Of a stretch of DNA of 64,000 nt, positions 32,150 through 44,182 are shown in pieces. The stretch is from Spirochaetia bacterium. GTDB taxonomy: Bacteria; Spirochaetota; Spirochaetia; SZUA-6; Bin103. The position numbers and the translations under genes are program-made. Numbering within the stretch: the stretch's first letter is position 1; each line of letters starts with the position of its first letter. The stretch spans positions 128,001 through 192,000 of the forward strand of contig CBDBOV010000001.1 in NCBI GenBank assembly GCA_965208575.1. Reading direction: 5' to 3'. The notes beneath the pieces are model-generated. The model saw only the letters and a list, made by a program, of their open reading frames with translations. It had not been told where the DNA came from and made no database searches.

Positions 32150-33062
32150 GCGAGGCCGTTGCTCAGGAAAAATCGGGAGGTTCGCGCATCGGGCCGCGCG
32201 GCGGGAGTTCCAGCTCGACACCGCCAAGGGGCGCGAAACACTCGCGGGTGAATTCCGTCAGGTTCCGAAAATGGGGCTTCCCCTGACTCACGGCGTCACG
32301 CAAGATGATGCGCGCCTCCTCTTCCATCGAACGGCGGTGCTCGGCGGCGCGTACGCGCAGACGCGTTTTCACATGGTCATCGAGATTGCGGATGGTGATG
32401 CTCGCCATGGTGACGTCCTCCGTTCCTGCGGTGCCTATTCTATAGGATGATTGCGGTGCAATCAAGTTTGCGGCGGGATGCCGGTGGGGTGCCGGTGTGC
32501 CAACACGAGTGGGCCGTCCCCTCGCCCAATCGGAGCCCCAAATCCTCGCCTGAGTTTCGGAGGACCGCCGCCAGCGCCCCTCAGGGCCGACGACTGGCCG
32601 ACGGACGGCTCGCGGGAGGGGTGCGACGGGGTGGAGGTCAGATTGCACCGGACGGCTGGCGAAGGACGAGTGGCCAGAATTCCGTAGCTGCTGACCGTGG
32701 CGGCCCGCTTGGTGCGGCGCACTGACACCTTGGCGGCCGAGCCGGCGTCGGCGCGCACCGAGCTACGCGCCGACGTGGCTGAGGTGCGCCGCGACCTGCA
32801 CGCCGAGGCTACGGCCATCCGCGCCGACGTGCACGCCCTGGCGGAGCGGGTGGCGCGCATCGAAGGCACCATGATGGGCCCCTGGCGCGCGGCGAACGGC
32901 AGCCCGGCGCCCTCGACCAGCACGGCACCGGAGGCGACGCCGTGACCGACGAGGCTCCCACCGAGCCGACTATACGCGGCGTGGTCTATCGTCTGGACCG
33001 CATGACCGGCCCTGTTGGAACAGTTGCTGTTCGCTTCGTTCAAGGGCGGCGACGCGATCGAT
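32148..33062. repeat. ~0.9-kb block duplicated at ~49134-50043
   Basis: FitA-like gene plus a 5'-truncated TM/coiled-coil gene, near-identical in both places. Confidence 0.9.
32163..32408 (-). CDS. FitA-like RHH antitoxin
   Basis: MASITIRNLDDHVKTRLRVRAAEHRRSMEEEARIIL. Confidence 0.9.
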   Translation of the reverse strand: MASITIRNLDDHVKTRLRVRAAEHRRSMEEEARIILRDAVSQGKPHFRNLTEFTRECFAPLGGVELELPPRGPMREPPDFS

Positions 33063-33246
33063 TTCCTGGTGCGCTCGCTTCTCGTGCTCGGCGCGACGAC
33101 TGAGGAAGTCGGACGGGTAATCGCAAGGAGTTCGGCGGCGCCGGCCGCTTGAGGAGGCGCCGTAGCGCTCGCTACGCATGCGCACCGGCTACTCCGCGGC
33201 GGCGACGATCGGGTTGCCGAACAAGCCGCGGTCGCCGATGACGCCT

Positions 33247-34539
33247 AGTGAGCAGGAGGATGAAGCGCGCCGCCACCGCGCGGCACGGGTTGACCCTATG
33301 CGGCGACTGCTCGATGGTATTCAGCGGGCGCGGCACCCTGTCGGCGAGATCGTGTTCGATGGCGCGGCGGTAGGCGAAACCGGTCTTCGTCGAGTGATAG
33401 CGACCACGCCGCCGACGGCGGCTCCGCCCAGTTGGCGTCGGCCCGGATCGCGCCCGGCCCGGCGGCCCGAAAGGGCGCTTGTCAACACTGCGTCAACACC
33501 GGTCACTGGCGTGGCAACCGGCCGCATTTCGCCAGCGGGGCGGCCGCCGGCGTTGCGTGGACCGGCGCGCCGGCTCACCTTGCCGCCGCCGCGTCGGGGT
33601 GGCCGGCGTCGGGCTGCAGGGTTTGCCCGTCGTCGTGCTCGCACTCCGGGCCGGCCTCCAGGATGTGGCGTCTATGCGGTCGGCGATGAGTTGGGCCGGG
33701 CCGCGGAGCTGGCCGATGGTCCAGTCGGCCGCGTAGCCCTCGGTCACGTCGGTGGGGCGGGCGTGGTTGACCAGCCGCTTGGTCAGCGAACGGGGCAGGG
33801 TCAGCTCGCGGTCGGCGATCGTGATCAGGCAGTTGCGGAAGCCGTGGAACCAGAACTTCCTGCCGCCCGCGCGCGAGATGCGGGCGTAGAGGTGGGTGAG
33901 CACCGACACGTGGCCCGACCGGCTTGCCGGCGACGGGAACACCCAGCCGGTGCCGCCGGTCTCGCTCCGCCGCCACTCCAGGATCGCCGCAAGCTGCCGG
34001 GTGATCGGCAGTTCGAGCGGGGTACCGGTCTTGGTGTGCGGCACGTGCACGACCCCGCGCGCCAGGTCCACGCGCTCCCAGCGCAGCGTCAGTATCTCGC
34101 CCCGCCGCATCCCGGAGTACATGGCAACCCAGAAGATCGAGCGGGTCGCCGGGTCCTTCACCACCGCCTCGATGCCGCGCTGCCAGTAGGGCAGGGCCTC
34201 CGCGGGCGACGAGATCACCCGCCGCACGATCGGGTTGAAGCGCCCGCCCGCCGCCAGCCACAGGTCGACCGGGTTGCGCAGCCCCTCGTGATCGACGCAG
34301 GCGCGGCGGTAGATGGAGCGCAGCAGCGAGATCACCTGGTTGCCGATCGCCCAGCCGTGCTTCCTGGTGAGCAGGGCGAAGCGCGCTTCCACCTCGCGGC
34401 GCTCGATGGCATTCAGCGGGCGCGACACCCAGTCGGCGAGATAGTGCTCGATGGCGCGGCGGTAGGCGTCACTGGTCTTCGCCGAGCGGAAGGACTTGGC
34501 GCTCAGGTAATCCTGGAAAGCCTCGCACAGCGTCGGCAT
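33247..34539 (-). pseudogene. Integrase fragments F11 (33247-33400) and F12 (33575-34539, arm-less core + catalytic ORF)
   Basis: ORF 33493-34539 starts at the internal MPTL and keeps all catalytic residues; frameshift only after the Tyr. Confidence 0.9.
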
Positions 34540-34782
34540 TGTGGCGCCGGCAGGAGACCGGGACCAACTGGCGCGTCGACGTGACGAAAGCCGACGCCGG
34601 ACCCGGACACCCGGACCGGATGGTGTTGAATGTTATGCTCAATCTGACATATCCTCGGAGTGATGGAGAGTAGCGGAAGCCGCTCGCATGGCATGCGGAG
34701 AGATCAACACTCCGCCGTTCTCCCAAGCGGCGAGGATCGAAGCGGGAACGCTGCTAGCCAGCGGATTGCCGCTGGCGCGGAA

Positions 34783-35031
34783 TCAGTCGGCTCCGTCTAA
34801 GAGCTTCACGGTGTGGACGAGTAGTTCGTGAAGCTTCTGGCGACCTGCATTAGTGATCGAATAAGGTCCTTGTCCACCCCCGACCGCATGGTGTTGGATA
34901 TAGCCCTTCGTCGTGAGTCGGCGTATCGTGCCTTTTTTGACCGGCCCGGTGGCCTGCCTGTATATCTGCGCTGGCCGTCGTTGCTGGTCGTCGTAAAGAG
35001 CGACAAGCACTTTCCAATCAGAAACGGTCAC
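34783..35031 (-). CDS. Small winged-helix-like protein
   Basis: TIRRLTTKGYI..YSITNAGRQKL. Confidence 0.55.
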   Translation of the reverse strand: MTVSDWKVLVALYDDQQRRPAQIYRQATGPVKKGTIRRLTTKGYIQHHAVGGGQGPYSITNAGRQKLHELLVHTVKLLDGAD

Positions 35032-35648
35032 GTCAGCGCCCAGGCGCTTCTCTGCTCTGGCGGCGTTCCACCTGCACGTCCACTAGTTCGTCGAGACAGT
35101 CGGCGATCCGTGCCAAGCTGCTTTGGATGGCGAGCAGCACTTCTAGTTGGTTGCTGGCGTCGTGCCCGGCGCCACCCCAAAGCCTATCTCGTAACGCGGC
35201 CTGCTCGGCCTCCCGCTTCTCTTTTCTGGTCTTTCGGTCCCGCAGCATCTCAGGCGCAAGATAGGGCGATACCAGACGGTCTGTCAACTTGTCCGAGCGC
35301 GCGCCAGCGCGCGCCCGGCCGTAACCTTCCCTCCTGCAGCACCACCGTGGCAGGAGAATCAAATGCCAATGAGAGTCACGCCGATCTTGGCGTTTGGATC
35401 AGCTTGCGCAGTTGCGGGACGCTGGTGGTACCTCGTCGATCAATTCTAGCAGCTTGGCGCGTAGCCGCGGGATCGTGGACCTGCGGCAGTGCGCGAGGTC
35501 CGCGTTGCCGATAGCGCCGCAGGTAGCCGCAGATGTGAAGTAGGCTATAGATCTTTCAAAATAGCTACTCTGAACTAGGAATAGATACGACGACGTGATT
35601 GATCTATTCCGCTCGATATGCGAGCGTGGGACTGCTAGGAGGTGACCT

Positions 35649-36056
35649 ATGGGGTTTCCGAAAATCAAAGTAGCAGCCTTGGTTCCGCTTCTGTTGGTCG
35701 TGGGGATTGTAGGGTTCGCACATGACGAGGTGCCGTCAGGCACAATCGTAGCGTGGTTTCCGTCACCAGGAGTAATCGTGCCTCCGAAGGGTTGGTTCGT
35801 GTGCGATGGCAATAACGGAACGCCCGACCTGCGCGACAGATTCATATACGGCACGGCGGATGTGGTAGAGGTCGGTATGGATGGCGGCGGCGAAGGCCAT
35901 CAGCACAGCGGTACCACCAGTCACGTCGGAGCGTCTTCTGGCGAGGATGACAAAGACCACAAACGGACAGGTGCACATTCACACACGTTCGAAACAAGTG
36001 TGGATAGCGCTGAACTGCCGCCGTTCGTTCGCTTGATATACATCATGAAGGCGTAA
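35649..36056 (+). CDS. Secreted protein with phage tail-collar-like domain
   Basis: Signal peptide; VPSGTIVAW..KGWFVCDGNNGTPDLRDRFIYG..LPPFVRLIYIMKA; AGGAGG RBS. Confidence 0.8.
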   Translation: MGFPKIKVAALVPLLLVVGIVGFAHDEVPSGTIVAWFPSPGVIVPPKGWFVCDGNNGTPDLRDRFIYGTADVVEVGMDGGGEGHQHSGTTSHVGASSGEDDKDHKRTGAHSHTFETSVDSAELPPFVRLIYIMKA

Positions 36057-36619
36057 GGAGAGGACCAAATAACTGCCCCACTGGTGGTTGCTGGAGGAGC
36101 AGAGAAGATGACCAAGCCAACGACCATCCGCCTCCTGAGGATGTCTTGAGCGAACTCGACCGGCGCGCCAAGGCGCGCGGCAAGGATCGAGCGACCCTGC
36201 TGCGGGAGTTGCTTCGGGCTGCACTGGACCGGGACAAGGAAGATGAGATCGTAACCGCCTGCGTGTCCGGTCACCTCTCCCTGTCCCAGGCCGCCGCGCG
36301 GCTCGGCGCCGACGCATGGTCGCTGCTCGACATCCTCGCACGGAGGGGCGAGACGGTGAGCGTCTCGTTGGAAGATTGGAGGGACTCGACTACGTCGCTG
36401 GCGCCTGAGCCGCCCGGTTGAGGTTGGCCGACGGCCGGGCTGCGCTACACCGCCGCGGCCGGCTGGTTCGTTTCATCGGCATTGGCGAGGAAGGTCCTCG
36501 GCCGACGGTCCGCACGGGCGCTTGTCAACACTGCATCAACACCGGTCTTTGCGTGACAACTGGCCCGCGTTCGGGAGTGGGGCTGCTTCCAGTGTTGCGT
36601 TGCACCGGGGTGCGCCGGG

Positions 36620-37494
36620 TCACCTTGCCGCGGCCGAGCCGGGATGGCCCGCGTCGGGCTGCGCCGTTGGCCGGTCGTCCTGCTCGCACTCCGGGCCGGC
36701 TTCCAGGATGGCGTCTATGCGGTCGGCGATGAGTTGGGCCGGGCCGCGGAGCTGGCCGATGGTCCAGTCGGCCGCGTAGCCCTCGGTCACGTCGGTGGGG
36801 CCGGGCGTGGTTGACCAGCCGCTTGGTCAGCGAACGGGGCAGGGTCAACTCGCGGTCGGCGATGGTGATCAGGCAGTTGCGGAAGCCGTGGAACCAGAAC
36901 TTCCTGCCGCCCGCGCGCGAGATGCGGGCGTAGAGATGGGTGAGCACCGAGACGTGGGCCCGACCGGCTCGCCGGCGACGGGAGGAAACACCCAGCCAGT
37001 GCTGCCGGTTTCGCTGCGCCGCCACTCGAGGATCGCCGCAAGCTGCCGGGTGATAGGCAGTTCGCAGTTCGAGCGGGTACCGGTCTTGGTGTGCGGCACG
37101 TGCACGACCCCGCGCCAGGTCCACGCGCTCCCAGCGCAGCGTCAATATCTCGCCCCGCCGCATCCCGGAGTACATGGCAACCCAGAAGATCGAGCGGGTC
37201 GCCGGGTCCTTCACCACCGCCTTGATGCCGCGCTGCCAGTAGGGCAGGGCTTCCGCCGACGATGAGATCACCCGCCGCACGATCGGGTTGAAACGCCCGC
37301 CGGCCGCCAGCCACAGGTCGACCGGGTTGCGCAGCCCCTCGTGATCGACGCAGGCGCGGCGGTAGTTGGAGCGCAAGAGCGAAATCACCTGGTTGCCGAT
37401 CGCCCAGCCGTGCTTGCTGGTGAGCAGGGTGAAGCGCCTCCACCTCGCGGCGCTCGATGGCATTCAGCCGGCGCGACACCCTGTCGGCGAGATA
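36620..37494 (-). pseudogene. Integrase fragment F13 (multiple indels)
   Basis: Matches ~51797-52665. Confidence 0.9.
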
Positions 37495-37578
37495 GGCTCA
37501 GCGAGGGCCGACTCGAACGGAGATTGACATGGCCGCCGCTGATCCATACATTGTCGGGACATTGTACAGGAGGCCACC

Positions 37579-37890
37579 GTGGTGAACTTCAGCGATGTCA
37601 AGGCACCTTCGGACGAGAAGGCTACCGACCACATCGAGATGCGCGTCAAGCCGAGCGACAAGGAACGCTTTGCACGGGCCGCCGAACTGTCCGGTGTCAA
37701 GCTCACGACGTTCGTCAGGGCATCGGCCGCGCGCGCGGCCGAGCGCGTCCTGCGTGAGTATCAGACCACACCACTCTCGGAGCGTGACAGACGGTCGCTG
37801 CTGGACGCGCTCGACAATCCGCCAGCGCCGACTCCGGCGGCTCGGGACGCGGTCCGCAATTACCGCTCCCGGATCGCCAATGCAGGATGA
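37579..37890 (+). CDS. DUF1778 (TacA/AtaR-type) antitoxin
   Basis: IEMRVKPSDKERFARAAEL..FVRASA..LLDALDNPPAP. Confidence 0.9.
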   Translation: MVNFSDVKAPSDEKATDHIEMRVKPSDKERFARAAELSGVKLTTFVRASAARAAERVLREYQTTPLSERDRRSLLDALDNPPAPTPAARDAVRNYRSRIANAG

Positions 37891-38443
37891 TCTCGGCCTC
37901 CCAGCCGCTTCCGATATCGTCATCGAGCCTTTCGATCCCAGCCGCCATGACCGGTCGCGCTTCTCCTGCGGTACCGTCCGCCTCGACAACTTTCTACGGT
38001 TCAGCGCCAGGAAGCAGCAGAAGGACGACTTCACTCGCGTATTCGTCGCCGTAGCCGACGGATCACCCAGGATTCTCGGCTACTATGCGCTGAACGCCCA
38101 TGCGCTCACAACTGGCGACCTCGGGGCCGACCGTCCTCCGCGCGTGCCCAGGTCCGGCAGTATTCCGGCTCTCTATCTCTCCATGATTGCCGTGGATCGA
38201 TACTGGCAAGGCAAGGGCCTCGGATCGGACCTCGCGATCGACGCACTCGCCCGTGCCCGGAACGTCGCCGACGAAGTCGGCCTCAAACTGGTGGTCCTGG
38301 ATGTGATCGATGACGGCGGGAATGAGGCCTTTGTTCGCCGAATGGCGTTCTACCGGCGTCTCGGGTTCCAGAGCTTTCAGGATCGTCCCGAACGGATGTT
38401 CCTCACCATCGGTACGATTCGAGCTATGTTCGACGACGGTTAA
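37880..38443 (+). CDS. GNAT acetyltransferase toxin (TacT/AtaT-type)
   Basis: HDRSRFSCG..LDNFL..ILGYYAL..IAVD..QGKGLG..FYRRLGF. Confidence 0.9.
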   Translation: MQDDLGLPAASDIVIEPFDPSRHDRSRFSCGTVRLDNFLRFSARKQQKDDFTRVFVAVADGSPRILGYYALNAHALTTGDLGADRPPRVPRSGSIPALYLSMIAVDRYWQGKGLGSDLAIDALARARNVADEVGLKLVVLDVIDDGGNEAFVRRMAFYRRLGFQSFQDRPERMFLTIGTIRAMFDDG

Positions 38444-38480
38444 CAGGTGGGTCGAGGTGTCTTGACGATGGCTGTGGCCT

Positions 38481-39720
38481 ATGGTCCAGTCGGCCGCGTA
38501 GCCCTCGGTCACGTCGGTTGGGGCGGGCGTGGTTGACCAGCCGCTTGGTCAGCGAGCGCGGCAGGGTCAGCTCGCGGTCGGCGATGGTGATCAGGCAGTT
38601 GCGGAATCCGTGGAACCAGGACTCCCTGCCGCCCGCGCGCGAGATGGGATAGAGGATGAAGCGCGCCGCCACCGCGCGGCACGGGTTGACCCTATGCGGC
38701 GACTGCTCGATGGCATTCAGCGGGCGCGACACCCTGTCGGCGAGATCGTGTTCGATGGCGCGGCGGTAGGCGAAACCGGTCTTCGTCGAGTGGTAGCGAC
38801 CACGCCGCCGACGGCGGCTCCGCCCTGTTGGCGTCGGCCCGGATCGCGCCCGCCCGGCGGCTCGAAAGGGCGCTTGTCAACACTGCGTCAACACCGGTCA
38901 CTGGCGTGGCAACCGGCCGCATTTCGCCAGCGGGGCGGCCACCGTCGTTGCGCGCACCGGCGGGCCGGCTCACCGTGCCGCCGCCGACTCGGGGTGGCCG
39001 GCGGCGGGCTGCGCCGTTTGCGCCTCGTCGTGCTCGCATTCCGGGCCGGCTTCCAGGATGGCGTCTATGCGGTCGGCGATGAGTTGGGCCGGGCCGCGGA
39101 GCTGGCCGATGGTCCAGTCGGCCGCGTAGCCCTCGGTGACGTCAGTGGGCCGGGCGTGGTTGACCAGCCGCTTGGTCAGCGAACGCGGCAGGGTCAGCTC
39201 GCGGACGGCGATCGTGATCAGGCAGTTGCGGAAGCCGTGGAACCAGAACTTCCTGCCGCCCGCGCGCGAGATGCGGGCGTAGAGGTGGGTGAGCACCGAC
39301 ACGTGGCCCGACCGGCTCGCCGGCGACGGGAACACCCAGCCGGTGCCGCCGGTCTCGCTGCGCCGCCATTCGAAGATCGCCGCAAGCTGCCGGGTGATCG
39401 GCAGTTCGAGCGGGGTACCGGTCTTGGTGTGCGGCACGTGCACGACCCCGCGCGCCAGGTCCACGCGCTCCCAGCGCAGCGTCAGAATCTCGCCCCGCCG
39501 CATCCCGGAGTACATGGCGACCCAGAAGATCGAGCGGGTCGCCGGGTCCTTCACCACCGCCTCGATGCCGCGCTGCCAGTAGGGCAGGGCTTCCGCGGGC
39601 GACGAGATCACCCGCCGCACGATCGGGTTGAACCGCCCGCCCGCGGCCAGCCACAGGTCGACCGGGTTGCGCAGCCCCTCGTGATCGACGCAGGCGCGGC
39701 GGTAGATGGAGCGCAGCAGC
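38481..39720 (-). pseudogene. Integrase fragments F14 (38481-38797, two pieces) and F15 (38970-39720)
   Basis: F15 has the catalytic domain open (ORF 38970-39620). Confidence 0.9.
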
Positions 39721-39985
39721 TAGGCCGCACGCGGCCACGGCTTGGTGCGCGAAGCTTTGGGTGGGCAGCCAGAACACCTTCCATACCGCCTCAATGCGCG
39801 CGATGGTCTGCTCACCGGCACACAGCCGCAGCCGCATCACACAGTTGTTGCGGTTCATGCGACCGGCAACGTGGACCAGCAACAGGCGGTATTTTTTGAA
39901 CCGCGCACTGCGCTCCTCGGGGCTGAAGCACAGGCCTTTGATCGCGCTGGCGATTTGTAGCTCAGGATCGCCAGCTTCAGCCACG
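39720..39985 (-). pseudogene. Transposase C-terminal fragment (IS1380-like)
   Basis: SAIKGLCFSPEERSARFKKYRLLLVHVAGRM. Confidence 0.45.
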
Positions 39986-40162
39986 TCGCGTTGACCGCGC
40001 GCCTCTGGCTGGGCATGTGGCCGGCCGCCAGGCCACTCCGTGGGCGTGCTCGACGGTGCCGGAGCTCTCGCAATGGCGCCATTGCCGAATCCGTGGCTGA
40101 TGCGTTAAAGTCCACCAAGTGTGACTTGAAACCACACTGGACGGCCTTCTGGGAGTATCGCT

Positions 40163-40951
40163 GTGACTGACGATCGACTGAGGATTTGGATCGGATTCTG
40201 GAAGGCTGTCATCTTGTCGACCGTTGTTACTGGTGGAGTCGCTCTAGCGTCTGTCCTAATAGACGCGAAGCATAAGGACACCGAACTGCAAATCGAGGTC
40301 AACCGCGAGGATAGGCAATACTTGATGAACTTCCTTGACCGAGCTATGGATGAGAATCTTGAGAGGAGGCATCGGTTCGCACAGTACTTCGCCAACGTAA
40401 CGGTGTCTCCAGAGTACAAGTTAGGTTGGCAGGCGTACCTCAAAGTAGTCGAAACGGAAATAGATGCCATCAAGAGTCAGATTAGTACCGCAGAAGCCCT
40501 GTTGAACCAATCTTCCTCCTCCGCGGACGAACTTGAAGCAGCTAGGGAGCGAATTCGGAGTCTTCAGGAAGAGTTGGAGAGGAATCGAGAACCGATAAGA
40601 CCGAAGGTGCCTACACTATCAGTATTTGGTGCGCTGTCAGAGTACGATCTGAATTGTCCAGAGGACTCAAGAGAGACCGTCTGGAGCGAATCCGTGTCGG
40701 CACCTCATCTACCAGAGTTTCCCAGCAGAGAGTATTATATAACGTATGGTTGTCGCAACTACTTCAATGAGGAAGTGGGCCCATTTGTGTCGTGGTATCC
40801 CAGCGGAAGTATTATTGAAGAAGGCGTGAGTGGGGGAACAACCGTATTGTATTATCCGAATGGCCAGAAGGCAGTCGAGGGTACGTTGGTAATGGAGAAC
40901 GTCTATTCCACGATCAAGAGCTGGAATCCGGATGGGACGGAGAGAGAATAG
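40163..40951 (+). CDS. Membrane-anchored coiled-coil protein with MORN-variant-like C-terminus
   Basis: TM segment, coiled coil, WYPSGS and YYPNGQKAVEG. Confidence 0.7.
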   Translation: MTDDRLRIWIGFWKAVILSTVVTGGVALASVLIDAKHKDTELQIEVNREDRQYLMNFLDRAMDENLERRHRFAQYFANVTVSPEYKLGWQAYLKVVETEIDAIKSQISTAEALLNQSSSSADELEAARERIRSLQEELERNREPIRPKVPTLSVFGALSEYDLNCPEDSRETVWSESVSAPHLPEFPSREYYITYGCRNYFNEEVGPFVSWYPSGSIIEEGVSGGTTVLYYPNGQKAVEGTLVMENVYSTIKSWNPDGTERE

Positions 40952-41143
40952 TGGCCGTACCACCAGATTGCGTCTTACAGATAAATGAGATAAAGATGAC
41001 CACAGTTGATCTTGGCTATGGCCAAACCGGTGACCGCTGTCATCGAGGCGTTGAGATCATTTCTCAATGACAGCTACGGTCCTCGTTTTGTAAGACGTCC
41101 CGTGCCGACACGCACGAACAAGGGTGATTAGGGAGGTGGACCC

Positions 41144-41563
41144 ATGAGGTTCTCGATGTTTAAGGTAGCAGGGCTGGTGATCGGCCTGTTGATCGTGAGT
41201 CCGTCAGTTGTTGCACAACAGGCATTGGAGGTTCGCACCATAGTGCTTCCGGTCGGTGCGATTGTCGCGTTTACGGACAGTTGCCCGGGGGATGGCAATT
41301 GGGAGCCACATCTTCCCGCCGTTGGGAGGTTCTTGATCGGGGCCGGACACAATGCGAAAGCCAGCTATACGATTGTACCGGGCGATACTCAAGATATAGC
41401 GAAGCACAACCATTCGGGCAGGACCGGTCCAGGAGACAGATATAGAACCGTCGATGATGATGCGAGTGATCCGTGGACCTCTGAACGTCGACACCAGCAT
41501 GACATCCATTTAGACTCACACATGCCTCCGTATCTGGGCGTTGTATTCTGTCGGTTGAAGTAG
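41144..41563 (+). CDS. Secreted protein with tail-collar-like domain
   Basis: Signal peptide; LPVGAIVAF..CP...W...GRFLIGAG..MPPYLGVVFC; GGAGG RBS. Confidence 0.75.
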   Translation: MRFSMFKVAGLVIGLLIVSPSVVAQQALEVRTIVLPVGAIVAFTDSCPGDGNWEPHLPAVGRFLIGAGHNAKASYTIVPGDTQDIAKHNHSGRTGPGDRYRTVDDDASDPWTSERRHQHDIHLDSHMPPYLGVVFCRLK

Positions 41564-42149
41564 TCGGATATGGTGTTGTATCCCATGTGATTTCGTCGCT
41601 GGCTTCTCAGAATTGATCGTTGGACAAGAGGAAGGAGAGTCCCGGATAGATCTGTCCGAAGAATAGGTGCGAGAAGGAGCTTGGTCAGGACGGCAGGTCA
41701 TCGTCATCCGCAAGCAGGTCGATGGCGGGCGACATGGCAGACTGAGGCGGATCACGGAGTTCGGCATAGTAGTGCAGCAACTGGCGGCGGTACCGGTGCT
41801 CGAAGCTGTCGGCGATTGCATAGAGGAGTACAAGGAGCTGTGCGACGACCTCGGGGTCGAGATCATCGGGCACGCGCTGCAGGCACAGCGGGGAGGAAGG
41901 ACACTCATGACGGTGCTCCTGGAGCCCGCATCAGGGACGCAATTCGAGCATAGTGGGCGATACGGTTGACTTGGCGCGGCAGGCCGCGGGATGCCTGGAA
42001 CAACGCCTCAGCGGCGGGCGGCTCAAACAACTGCAGTTCGCAGCCGGCGAGCCCTTGGATGTGCGATGTCCAGCGACGACCAACGGCCTTAACGCGCCCT
42101 GTCGACGTGGTGCACTTCCAGCCGGTGCGGGGCTGCGGCGGCCGTCGTC

Positions 42150-42375
42150 GGCACGGGCCGCTCGCAACTCCCGCGCTACGCGGCTCGCATCGCCGCCAAG
42201 AGCCGCGCTCCGATCTCGTTCCGCCAGTCCTGATCGTGATGAAGCGTCCGCCACAGTTCAGCCGCCCGTGGCGTCCCTATCCTGCACGACGGTCGAACCG
42301 TAGCGCGACCTCACGCTCTCGGCCCAATCGCCGCACACGGCCCACAGACTCCTCACCGGTCAGATGACCGGCCAT
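42150..42375 (-). pseudogene. Second HicA-like remnant
   Basis: RVRRLGREREVALRFDRRAG*GRHGRL; similar to 19337-19515. Confidence 0.6.
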
Positions 42376-42607
42376 CGGTGGTAGTCGAGCAAGTCCCGGC
42401 CAGCAACCCTGACAATCGCAGGCTAAACGGCGGGGTACACCACGCCGGCGGCTGCTCCGTTCCATCGGCATCGGCGCGCATCGCGCCCGGCCCGGTGGCC
42501 CGGACGGGCGCTTGTCAACACTGCGTCAATACCGGGCACCGCGTGGCAACCGGCCCGCACTCGGCAGCGGGGCGGCCACCGGCGTTGCGTGCGCCGGGTG
42601 CGCGGGC

Positions 42608-43545
42608 TCAATTTGCCGCCGCCGGGTCGGGGTGGCCGGCGTCGGGCTGCGCCGCTTGCCCGTCGTCGTGCTCGCACTCCGGGCCGGCTTTCAGGATGGC
42701 GTCTATGCGGTCGGCGATGAGTTGGGCCGGGCCGCGGAGCTGGCCGATGGTCCAGTCGGCCGCGTAGCCCTCGGTCACGTCGGTGGGCCGGGCGTGGTTG
42801 ACTAGCCGCTTGGTCAGCGAACGCGGCAGGGTCAACTCGCGGTCGGCGATCGTGATCAGGCAGTTGCGGAAGCCGTGGAACCAGAACTTCCTGCCGCCCG
42901 CGCGCGAGATGCGGGCGTAGAGATGGGTGAGCACCGACACGTCGCCCGACCTGCTCGCCGGCGACGGGGAACACCCAGCCGTTGCCGCCGGTCTCGCTCC
43001 GCCGCCACTCCAGGATCGCCGCAAGCTGCCGGGTGATCGGCAGTTCGAGCGGGGTACCGGTCTTGGTGTGCGGCACGTGCACGACCCCGCGCGCCAGGTC
43101 CACGCGCTCCCAGCGCAGCGTCAGTATCTCGCCCCTCCGCATCCCGGAGTACATCGCAACCCAGAAGATCGAGCGGGTGGCCGGGTCCTTCACCACCGCC
43201 TCGATGCCGCGCTGCCAGTAGGGCAGCGCTTCCGCGGGCGACGAGATAACCCGCCGCACGATCGGGTTGAACCGCCCGCCCGCGGCCAGCCACAGGTCCA
43301 CCGGGTTGCGCAGACCCTCGTGATCGACGCAGGCGCGGCGGTAGATGGAGCGCAGGAGCGAGATCACCTGGTTGCCGATCGCCCAGCCGTGCTCCCTGTT
43401 GAGCAGGATGAAGCGCGCCTCCACCTCGCGGCGCCCGATGGCATTCAGCGGGCGCGACACGCAGTCGGCGAGATAGTGCTCGATGGCGCGGTGGTAGGCG
43501 TCACCAGTCTTTGCCGAGCGGTAGGACTTGGCGCTCATGAAATCG
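42608..43545 (-). pseudogene. Integrase fragment F16 (frameshift ~42968)
   Basis: Matches ~51797-52733. Confidence 0.9.
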
Positions 43546-43840
43546 TGCACCGGTGTCGGACACTACCCGGCATCAGACCGAGGCGCGTCGTGGCAACTCT
43601 ACTTGGCGGAGTTTGGCATCCCCGGCTGGCCGAAAACAGGACCGGTGAAGACGCTCAACGAAATTATGGCGACGACGCAAGCTGCAGACCAGCGGGTAAC
43701 GGAGCATCTGGAGAGGCCCCGTCACATTCGAGATTTCATCCCACCTGTAACATGTGTATCGGTACAATGAACGGAGGGCGCGGCAAGCGATCACGCTATT
43801 GCGGACGTGTCTCGGTGGATCTGCTTAAATAGTAAACGGT

Positions 43841-44182
43841 TTATATGTCATCGCCGAAGAGCCACGGACAACATAACTTCAGATCCATGTCTAACCCCAG
43901 AATTCCGGAAGCAATCATTAGTGCCACAATGCACAACCAACACGTAATACCAGGGATCTTTGCTGGCCTTTCTCCACCCTGTAGCGTATAACTAATCGCA
44001 AGGGGCGCGGATGTCACTGTAAGTGAAGGCAGTCTAGTACAAAAAGCCAAGGAAACGATGCCTATCACCGCTGGTGCGTAGCGTAGGATCTGGCCTACTT
44101 TCTCGGGCACCACCCATCTCGAAGCCCCAGCACCCACGACAGTACCTAACGTAGCCAACCCGATTGTTATGAAGTCGCCCAT
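43841..44182 (-). CDS. Hypothetical membrane protein
   Basis: Three hydrophobic segments; overlaps the upstream gene; low GC. Confidence 0.55.
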   Translation of the reverse strand: MGDFITIGLATLGTVVGAGASRWVVPEKVGQILRYAPAVIGIVSLAFCTRLPSLTVTSAPLAISYTLQGGERPAKIPGITCWLCIVALMIASGILGLDMDLKLCCPWLFGDDI

